Positions 39,301 through 50,790 of a stretch of DNA of 64,000 bases are shown here, in pieces; the stretch's first letter is position 1; each line of letters opens with the position of its first letter. Source of the DNA: Octopus sinensis (taxonomy: Eukaryota); the NCBI RefSeq assembly GCF_006345805.1, contig NC_042997.1, positions 130,758,001-130,822,000 of the forward strand. Reading direction: 5' to 3'. The notes beneath the pieces were generated by a model. That model did not search any database. It saw only the letters and a list, made by a program, of their open reading frames with translations, and was not told where the DNA came from. A program made the position numbers and the translations under genes.

Positions 39301-42300
39301 TAGAAAGTTCCCCTCCGAGGTATAAGTCTGGGCAAGGTTGTTTATGGAAGACCAGCAGTCGCCCATGCATACCGGCCTCTCCTTTACATGCCTCCGATGT
39401 TATCCAAGGAAAGGCAAAGGGGCCGATACAACTTGGTACCAGTGACATCACAACACATTTCTACAGCTGAGTGAACTTGAGAAACGTGAAATAAAGTGTC
39501 TTGCTCAAGAACACAACATACAGCCTGGTCTGGGAATTGAACTCACTACCTCATGACTGTGAGGCCGACGCTCTAACCACAAAGTCATGCACCTTCACTT
39601 CACCAACTAATCAACATTTACGTATATCGGCTATTATTATATAGAGATTTACAATAATTCTTGTCAGAGATTAATTTATTCTAAATAACCGTATCAGTGT
39701 CGGGATTATTGTTTTATTCTTTTACCGTTTCAATGGAATGTGATTTGGTTGATTTAGTTCACACTAATCGCTCTACTAAACATTCGTTTCTTCCTTGTAA
39801 AAAAATAACAAAATGCTGAAAGGGGTGGGTGGGGGTTTATTAGATTAAAGGGAGGTAACTCGACCTATTTCTGTTTGAATATACTGGTTTCTGTATTTTA
39901 ATATAAACCTAAACACACGTGCACACACGCACGCACGCTTAACACTGTAAATCAGAGTTGCGCGGTTAAGAAAATCGCTTTCCAGTCATGTGGTCTGGAG
40001 TTCACTCCATCTGTGTGACACATTGGACAAGTGTCGGATCTTTTCTCTTTGACCGGCAGATTTTTAAAATAATTTCCATGTAACTAAAAAATTTTAAACT
40101 TCGTATACTGGTAGAACGTGTTTATAAAACATCTTTTTTTCTTGGCTTTCTTGAGAAAATTCTGTAGTTTGTAAGATAATTTGTAAGATATTATCTTCAA
40201 TATTGGTTGAAATTGCTGAAATTGAAGAAAATATCTTACAAATTATCGTACAAACTACAGAATTTTCTCAAGAAATCCAAGAGAAAAAGATGTTTTATAA
40301 ACACATTCTACCAGTATATGAAGTTTTAAATTTTTTAGTTACATGGAAATTATTTTTAAAATCTGCCGGTCAAAGTGAAAAGATCCCAAGTGTCTTATAC
40401 TATAGCTCTGGGCTAATCAAAGATTTGTGAGTGAACTTGTAGTTGAAAACTGAAAGGATCCCTTCATGTGTGTGTATAGGCATGTATATTTGTTCATCAT
40501 TGTCTTGACATCATATGATGGTTGCAAACGAACATCACCATCATACAAGCGCAGTGTCCTTCATTTTCAATCATCATCATCATTTAACGTCCGCTTTCCA
40601 TGCTAGCATGGGTTGGACGATTTGACTGAGGACTGGCGAACCAGATGGCTTCACCAAATTTCAATCTCATCTGGCAGAGTTTCTACAGATGAATGCCCTT
40701 CATAAGGCCAACCACTCCGAGAGTGTAGTGGGTCCTTTTACGTGCCACCAGCACGAGGGCCAGTCAGGAGGTACTGGCAACGGCCACACTCAAATGATGT
40801 TTTTTACGTGCCACCTGCACAGGAGCCAGTCCAGCGGCTCTGGCAACGACCTTGCTCAAATGTCTTTTCACGTGCCACCAGCACAAGTGCCAGTAAGGCG
40901 ACGCTGGTAACGATCACGCTCGAATGGTGCTTTTTACGTGCCACCGGCACGGAAGCTAGTTTGTTGCTCTGGCAACAATCACGCTCAGATGGTGCTCTTA
41001 GCGCTCCACTAGCATGGATGCCAGTCATCAAATTGGATTTAATCTTCCATGGAAACCTGTCTGGTGACAGACAAATGTTTTATTTATTTATTAGCATGTA
41101 CGTACAGTATTCTCATCTTGGTTGTTGCTTTCACTATGTTTCAGCTGTGTATATACCAACTTTCTTCAGGTGTTTTCTGATTCACCTTCAGTGGCGGCTT
41201 GTGTAAAGAAACTGCTGAGAACTGTGCGCTTCACAGTTCCAGCTATGTGTTGTTTGTCTGTTGTGCACATGCTCACATGTCCGAGATAGGAAGCTTCACG
41301 CTAGGGAGAGAGAGAGAGAGAGACTGTGTGAATGACAGGTGAAAGGTAGTGTTTCTTTTTGACTCTGCATGTGTTGTGCTTAAAAACGTGATTATATTCT
41401 TGAATGTGATAAAGTGTAGAATTAGATTATTATCCTGCTTCCAGCTTCAGTGTTGCTGTCAGGATTTGAAAAGTAGGGCACATTTCCCCACCTTATTTTG
41501 TGATTTAGGTGGGATTTTTGAAAAACAAGTGGGAATTTGCGACGGTCTTAAGTGAACAAATTAAACACACTACTCGGTAGCTAAAACGCGAATCAATCAA
41601 GTTTATGTATAAATTTTCTTTTTATATGCTTGTTTCCTTTTACACAATATTAAAACAACAGCTAAAAATTTTCTGAATCAATAATACCCCCACCAATTTT
41701 ATCTATGAGCCACCACTGTTTACCTTATTACTTGCTTGAGATTCAACTCAGAGCCTCTAGCTACTGATACTGCCTATAAGCACCTCAGAACCTCTGACAA
41801 ACTCAGAAACTGTGACACTGCCTACAAGCATGTCACTCTGACATGTTTGTAGGCTGTGTCAGAGTGAATTTTTAAAGCTTATAAACCTCTGTTTATGTCT
41901 TATGTTGGCTCTGTACTTGTTGGATAATACCTAAAAGTTTTGAGTTCAGTCCCAGGCAAAGCTCTAAGGTGAATCGCAAGACACCTGTAGAAGGCTGGTG
42001 TGTACAACAGTTGAAACATAGGGAAATCAAGAACCAAAATGAGGACACCAGTTTGACTAATACATGATATAAATTCCTCATTTCAGAAATATAGAACTGT
42101 AAAGGCTATCTTGTTTGGAAACAGGTGAAGGCTGGTGGCAGGAAGAGCATCCAGCTGTAGAAAATTTGCTTCAGCAAATTATGGCTGATGCATGCAAGCA
42201 TGGAAAAGTAGATGTTAAAATGATGATAATATATGAAGAACTTCTGAACAGTATTGGTCAACTGGTTTACCCAGACTACTGTGCATTGGGATTGAACCTG

Positions 42301-45030
42301 GAATATCTGCCTTCAATGCTAGCATGGATTAGACAGTTTAACAGGAGCTGGCCAGGCGGAAGACTACACCAGGCTTTTATGGCTGGATGCTCTTCCTAAC
42401 GCCAACCATGCAAACATGTAGCTTTTTGTGCACTTTGTTTGCATAAAATAAAGTAATAACAGTAATAACATTTAATAAATGTTGCTTACTGCAAGTTATG
42501 GATGATTCTTTTATGACTTCATTGCTTTCAGGCTTAGCTTAAGGTATTTTCACGCCCGACATCACAAAATGCGTCTGAATAAACATTGCTGAACAGCAAA
42601 TAGAGACTCAGACATTGCTTAGAAAATATTTTTCATTTTTAACCTCGTATATAGTACACACTAGGGATTTTGACCGTTAAATTTTGGGGAAAAAAATGCG
42701 GATTATACTTGAAGATTTACGGTAACCATGTTAAAGTGGCTACAAATATTACTTGTCAGTACAACTATTGCACTGATCTCTTAGAGGGATTTTAGAACTA
42801 CTATATATATATATATATAGAAAATGTGTGTACACATATATATGTGTGTGATGGGATTCCATACAGTTTCTTCTTTCACATTTCACCCACAAGGAGTGTG
42901 AATGGTGACACATCCAATGTGCAATGCAGGGAGATAGATCCTAGAACCACGGGTCTGCAAAGAGAACTTAATCATTCACCCATTTCTCCATCCATTAATG
43001 TTTTCTTTATTAATATTCTATATTTCGATGGTTTACCTAACTCTTCCATTTCATTATTAATGTGTTCTTTCTTCTTTGTTATTTTAGGGTGGCCAGCAAC
43101 ACAATGTTGTTCCTTCTCAGCTCACTGCTTGTAAGTAAACATGTCTCTCTTCACACAAATGCTGGTTCATTTTTATCAAATTTTCTTGTTTTTACTATCT
43201 GACTGTTTTCTTCTTTTTTGCCTTATTTAATCTGTTTTCTATATGGGAGATTAAATAAAATAATACATGCGCCATTTTTAAAGCCTAGCCAGGCTCATGA
43301 GTCCAGTTTCCTGGTTTTAGTGGCGTATGTGTTCCCCAGCTGGATGGGACGTCAGTCCATCGCAGCATTACTTATTTTTACCAGCTGAGTGGAGCAACGT
43401 GAAATGAAGTGTTTTGCTCAAGAACACGTGTCGCCTGGTCCAGGAATTGAAACCACAATCTTACGATCATGATGCTGACACCCTAACCACTAAGCCATGT
43501 GCCTCCACATATGGGAGATTGCTTGCTTTGCCAAATTGGTACATTTGCATAATACTGTCAAAAATCATCATCATCATCATCGTTTAACGTCCGCTTTCCA
43601 TTCTAGCATGGGTTGGACGGTTCGACTGGGGTCTGGGAAGCCAGGAAGCTGCACCAGGTCCAGTCTGATCTGGCAGTGTTTCTACAGCTGGATGCCCTTC
43701 CTAACGCCAGCCACTCCATGAGTGTAGTGGTTACTTTTTACGTGCCACTAGCACAGGTGCCAGGTGAGGCTGGCAATGGCCATGATCGGTTGGTGCGTTT
43801 TACGTGCCATCAGCACAGAGGCCAGTCGAGGCGGCACTGGCAATGGCCACATTTGGATGGTTCTCTTACGTGCCACCGGCACTGGTATCACAGCTATAAT
43901 TTCCATTGATTTTTTATCGAGTTCGATTTCACTTGCCTCAACAGGTCTTTGCAAGCAGAGTTTTGTGTCTCAAGAAGGAAAGGTATGCATAGTAGACTGG
44001 CTACATCCCAGGTAGAGGCCACAAATTATGGTCTCACTTGTCCTGCCGGGTCTTCTCACGCACAGCATACTTCCAAAGTATGCTTAACTAGTTTCCCAAT
44101 CTAGTGCCCACATGGTGTGGAATCTGTTTGTCATTTAGATACTCTATACAGATTAATTGCTGATAGGGGCACCATATTTCATTATGCAACCATAATATAC
44201 AACCAAGAATATTAAAGGTTTATTGGTTTATCCAGTTGTGTTACATCATTATATTTGGTGGCTATTTAAGCTATGTGTTTCTGGATGGTTAATGGTTTGG
44301 ATGTGGTGTTGAAGAAGAAACAAAAACTCCTGAAATATGCATATACGCTCATTAGATATTTCTCATTTGATATTTTTCTAATCGCAATGTTTATACAGAT
44401 GTATTCATATATGAAACGTTGTAACTTCCAGTGTTGGCTCTAATTTCTAAGGAAAATCTGTAGAGATAGGCACAGGAATGGCTGTGTGGTAAGTAGCTTG
44501 CTTACCAACCACATGGTTCCGGGTTCAGCCCCACTGCGTGGCACCTTGGGCAAGTGTCTTCTACTATAGCCTTGGGCCAACCAAAGCCTTGTGAGTGGAT
44601 TTGTTAGACGGAAACTGAAAGATGCCTGTCGTATATATGTATATATATATATATATGTGTGTGTGTCTGTGTTTGTCCCCTCATCATTGCTTGACAACTA
44701 ATGCTAGTGTGTTTATGTTCCTGTAACATAACAGTGCAGCAAAAGAGACCGATAGAATAAGCGCTAGGCTTACAAAGAATAAGTCTTGGGATCGATTTGC
44801 TAGACTAAAGGCGGTGCTCCAGCATGGCTGCAGTCAACTGACTGAAACAAGTAAAAGAGTAAAAGAGATAACTTTAAAAAGTAGCTCTATAGAGTTAAAA
44901 GGCTGGCTGTGAGGTCAGCAGTCCAGTATCTTAATACTACAACTACCAAGTGTTGAGTATCTTTCATATATGTAGGATCAATAGAAACTGGCCTGATCTG
45001 TTATGCAATTGTTTAATACAGTCTGGCCTT

Positions 45031-45075
<45 letters not shown>

Positions 45076-45302
45076 CTGTTGCTTCTTTCAGTCATTTGAC
45101 TGCGGCCATGCTGGGGCACCACCTTTAGTCGAACAAATTGACCCCAAGGTTTATTCTTTGTAAGCCTAGTACTTATTCTATCAGTCTCTTTTGGCGAACC
45201 GTTAAGAGACGGGGATGTAAACACACCAACATCGGTTGTCAAGCGATGGTGGGGGGGGCACAAACACAGACACAAATAACAAATGCACACACACACACAC
45301 AC

Positions 45303-45335
<33 letters not shown>

Positions 45336-45557
45336 CGATGGACTTCTTTCAGTTTCTGTCTACCAAATCCACTCACAAGGCTTTGGTCGGCCCGAGGATA
45401 TAGGAGAAGACACTTGCTCAAGGTGCCACGTAGTGGGACTGAACCCAGAACCATGTGATTGGGAAGCAAGCTTCTTACCACTCAGCCACTCCTGCACCTA
45501 TGACATTAGTTATTTGTATCCACTGAACTCTAGTCATACAACACTACAATATGATGA

Positions 45558-45594
<37 letters not shown>

Positions 45595-48500
45595 CCTGAT
45601 ACAAGTATCTACTCATAACAAATGAAGTTTTAGTGATTGGGATAGATTACCATATGAGTAATAAGTGCAGATTTGTATGTCTTTACAATTATTCAGTTTC
45701 ACAACTTAGAAAAAAACCTTTTGAGAGTCATTTGTACCAATGTTAATTTCTTAAATTTCACAATGTTCATATTCTGCCATAGTTATTGTATACCTACTTC
45801 AGTGATAATAACAATTTCCTCAACTAGAGACAGTATTAGTCATCACATTGTATTGTTGTATAATTAGAGTTATTGTGAGCATGGAGTGATAATGAATGCA
45901 ATTGTTTGGAGTGCATGGAGTGGTCAATGACATTGCTCAGTGCGTATGCAATGAATGATGGAAATAAACAGAGAAAGAAGGGTAAAGAGGAGCAGAAGCA
46001 AATTGACTGCAACGAAATAAGGCTAAAAAAAATTCTTAATTTTTTCCACAGACTATATAGGAGCTCCCTCTTTGATTAGTTGTTCCAATGATGATACAGG
46101 AGTTCCCTCGTTGGTTGATTGTTCCATTGACTACAAAAGAACTCCCTTATTTGTTGGCTGTTCTAATGATGATACAGGAGCTCCCTCATTGGTCAGTTAT
46201 TTCATTGGCTACAAAAGAACTCCCTCATTGGTTGGCTGTTCCAATGATGATACAGGAGCTCCCTCATTGGTTGATTGTTCCATTGACTACAAAGGAGCAC
46301 CTTCATTAGTTGGCTGTTCCACTGATTCCTTAGGAGCTCCCTCTTTGGTTACCTGTCCCACTGATTTCATAGGAGCTCCTTCATTATCTATCTGTCCCAT
46401 TGACTACAAAGAAGCTCCTTCCTTGGTTGGCTTTTCTAATGACTAAATAGATCTCTTATCGGTTGGCTGTTCCACTGACTATAAAGGAGATGCTTTATTA
46501 TTTCTGTTATGCTCTTAGTGATTTCTTCATTCCATTGGTTATTACTGTTTCGTATTGTAGGTTTTGATATTAGAGTGCCTCCATCAGTTGATCCTGTCCA
46601 ATTTGAAGAAAGGCTTAATAACTTGTGCAAGGAAGCTGGAGAGGGATTGACTCTTGAATATGTGCAGGTAAGATGTATGTGTGTGTGTGTATCATCATCA
46701 TCATTTAGCATCTGCTTTCCATTCTGGCATGAGTTAGACAGTTTGAATGGAACTGCTAAGCTGCAGAGCTGCACCAAGTTCTAGTCTGATTTGGCATGGT
46801 TTCTACCGTTGGATGCCCTTCTTAATGCCACCCACTCCAAGAGTAATGGGTGCCTTTTACATGCCATCAGTGCAGATGCTTCTACATTCTACTGGCACAA
46901 GTGCCATTTATGTGACACCAGCATCATCCACAACTATGATTTCACATGGCTTGAAGAGTCTTTTCAAGCATGGCATTTCGCCAAAGATCTCAGTCACAAT
47001 ATGTATGTATGTACGTATGTATATATCATCATCATCATCAGCAGCAGCATCATCATTTAACATCCGTTTTCCATGCTAGCATGGGTTGGACAGTTCAACC
47101 GAGGTCTGGGAAGCCAAGGGGCTGCACCAGGCTCCAGTCTGATCTGGCCTGGTTTCTACAGCTGGATGCCCTTCCTAATGCCAACCACTCCGTGAGTGTA
47201 GTGGGTGCTTTTTACGTGCCACCAGCACAGGTGCCAGGTGAGGCTGGCAACAGCCATGATCGCTTGGTGCTTTTTACGTGCCACCAGCATGGAAGGAAGT
47301 CGAGGTGGCGCTGGCAACAGCCACGTTCGGATGGTGCTGTTTACGTGCCACCGGCACACGTATCACAACTATAATTTCCAAAATATATAAAATACAAAAT
47401 ACACAATTATATCTTGAGATCGCTAGTAATAACAATACTCAAAAATATAAAACAGACTGGAGTTGTAGTGCTCCAAATGAGCTATATTCCACTTCTTAAT
47501 CTGAACAGAGGGAATGCGAGCAGTAACTAAAGGAACATTACTAAAATCCACACAGAAAGATCAAACACGTACATATATTCATTTATATCTACAGAACAGA
47601 TATAAAGTCCGACGTTTAAAAATATAATAATATATCAATAAATAAACATCATATAATATATATAAATATATAAGAATCAGTGTTGTATACAAAATGCAGT
47701 GAATTTACGCTTAAAATCATAAAACATTTGGTAAATTAAAAATTTGGGATAATAAAACATATAAGCACTCTTGGAGTGGTTGGCTACACCCCCGAAGTGG
47801 TTGGCGTTAGGAAGGGCATCCAGCTGTAGAAACTCTGCCAAATCAAGATTGGAGCCTGCTGCAGCCCTCAGTCAAAATCGTCCAACCCATGCCAGCATGG
47901 AAAGCGGACGTTAAATGATGATGATGATGATGATGATAAAGAACACATTAAAATGACATATTAAAATTCCAGAAAAAATATAGAAAAAATAAAAATACAA
48001 AAGTTACAAAATTGTTCATCTATGGGCAGTTTTGGAGACGCACCAATTAGTACGGAACATTTCATATATTCGAAACTGACACTCCCCTCATCAGGATGTT
48101 TTTTACACACAATACACAATACATGGAAACAAATGTACACTTACATACCAGCTATCTACGAGAGCTAACATTGAAAAGCAGCCATCGACAACAATCAAAA
48201 TGATATATATGAAATCATCAGATTTTTAATATCCACTTTTCAAGACCTGCATGGGTCAGATGATAACTTTATTGGGGGCCAATTTTTCTGATGGCTGGGA
48301 TGTTTTTCCTATGGCCAATCTTCACTTTTTTTACAAATAAAATAATATTTCTCCTAGTCTATCAAACAACAAACAATCTGGATATACTTTTCTAAAGGAT
48401 GGAAAACAAGTAATACTGTTTTTATGAACAGTGATTCTTTGTTTTCAGTAAGTATGCACATCATCATCATCATCATCGTTTAATGTCCGCTTTCTATGCT

Positions 48501-49623
48501 AGCATGGGTTGGATGATTTTGACTGAGGGCTGGCAAATCAGATGGCTGCACCAGGCTCCAATCTTGATTTGGCAGAGTTTCTACAACTGGATGCCCTTCC
48601 TAACGCCAGCCACTCTGAGAGTGTAGTGGGTGCTTTTTACGTGCCACCGGCATGGGGGCCAGTCGGACGGTACTGGCAACGACCTTGCTCAAATCTTTTT
48701 ACACATGCCACCAGCACAGATGCCAGTAAGGCGACGTTGGTAACGATTACACTCGAATGGTGCCCTTTTACATGCCACCGGCACGGAAGCCAGTTGGCTG
48801 CTCTGGCAATGATCACGCTCGGATGGTGCTCTTGGCACCCTACTATCACGGGCACAAGTGCCAGTAAGGCGACACTGGTAATGATCACACTCGAATGGTG
48901 TCTTTTATGTGCCACTGGCACGGAAGCTGGTTAGCCGCTCTGTCAACGATCACGCTCGTATGGTGCTCTTTGCATCTCGCCAGCACGGATGCCAGTCATC
49001 GAATGTGATTTTGATTTTGATTTTGATTTCACTTGCTGGGAAGACAAAAGCAATACATACTCTCTCTCTCCCTCTCTCTCTCATACACAAACACACACAC
49101 ACTCTCTCTTTCTATTATGCAAATACACACACACATCCTGTTTCCATTTATCAAATGTTACCCATAGGGTATTGGTCAGCCTGTAACTATAGTAAAAGAC
49201 ATCATCTGAATGTTACATCCATTGAGTTGGTTTCAGATATTCTTTTTCCATTTGGTGGCTAAAATTGAAATGTTTTCTCTTTGCAGAAAGGTTGTGCTAA
49301 CAAGCTAACCTCCATTGATGACAATAACATTTGGTGGAAGACATTCTCCTCAACATTTGAAAATATGTGAGTTTTGTTGATTGATGTCTCAGTTTTTGAA
49401 TTTTAAATAGGAAAAAAACAAGTAGATAAACAACAGAATAAAGTTAAAATTGAAGTAGACTTTGTATGGTAAGAAGCTTGCTTCCCAGCCACAGGGGTCT
49501 GGGTGAAGTCCCACTGCATGGCACCTTGAGCAAGTGTCTTCTACTATAGCCTTGGGCCAAACAAAGCCCTGTGAGTGGATTTGGTAGACGGAAACTGTAA
49601 GAAGCCTGTCGTGTGTATATATA

Positions 49624-49665
<42 letters not shown>

Positions 49666-50186
49666 AATAAGAAAATGGAGAAATACATCTAAATCAAATA
49701 TCAATTACCAGACAAAACTCAATCACATACTTTATTGAACCACCACATAAGAAACTGTAGGGTTAAACATAAAAAAGTAGAGCAAAACAGTGTACATAAA
49801 GGAGTATACGTAAAAAAGTGTACATAAAAGAGTAATGTTATACAATAAGTAGAATATAATATAAGTAAATATAAATATAAATATAGATTACATCTTACAG
49901 CTGTTTCGGCCATGCAGATAAGTATGTCTCATTTTACTCATATTAGCCTTTGACCTACCATAAAAGGCTATATTTGATTTAGATGTATTTCTCCATTTTA
50001 TTATTTTGTATTATGAATTTGTGGTAAAACATTTTACCTTGCCCATATAATACAGTAAATGAATTGATTGCATCGCAATCCTTAACATTTATGTATTAAC
50101 CTTGTTGGGTACTTCACTAGCAGTATATTGGATATATGTTATCCCATGGAGGGTTGCATTCACAACCCCTATCTCAATTTGTATAT

Positions 50187-50239
<53 letters not shown>

Positions 50240-50755
50240 AATAAGAAAATGGAGAAATACATCTAAATCAAATATCAATTACCAGACAAAACTCAATCAC
50301 ATACTTTATTGAACCACCACATAAGAAACTGTAGGGTTAAACATAAAAAAGTAGAGCAAAACAGTGTACATAAAGGAGTATACGTAAAAAAGTGTACATA
50401 AAAGAGTAATGTTATACAATAAGTAGAATATAAATATAAGTAAATATAAATATAAATATAGATTACATCTTACAGCTGTTTCGGCCATGCAGATAAGTAT
50501 GTCTCATTTTACTCATATTAGCCTTTGACCTACCATAAAAGGCTATATTTGATTTAGATGTATTTCTCCATTTTATTATTTTGTATTATGAATTTGTGGT
50601 AAAACATTTTACCTTTGCCCATATAATACAGTAAATGAATTGATTGCATCGCAATCCTTAACATTTATGTATTAACCTTGTTGGGTACTTCACTAGCAGT
50701 ATATTGGATATATGTTATCCCATGGAGGGTTGCATTCACAACCCCTATCTCAATT

Positions 50756-50790
<35 letters not shown>

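Noticed and set aside
40737-41010. True CRISPR array (palindromic repeat with variable spacers)
   Set aside because: The context is eukaryotic with no cas genes. The spacers are homologous to one another and the array is physically part of an RTE LINE 3'UTR. It is kept as a structured-array finding instead.
46185-46200. In-frame cassette exon from the minisatellite spliced to ACY1 exon 13 via the GTCAGT donor
   Set aside because: That donor is phase 0, whereas exon 13 needs phase 1, so it would frameshift.
48070-48100. Additional hammerhead motifs (CTGATGA at about 48090 on the - strand and about 60495 on the + strand)
   Set aside because: A complete stem II and a properly placed GAAAC/stem III are missing. 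They are at best highly decayed relics.
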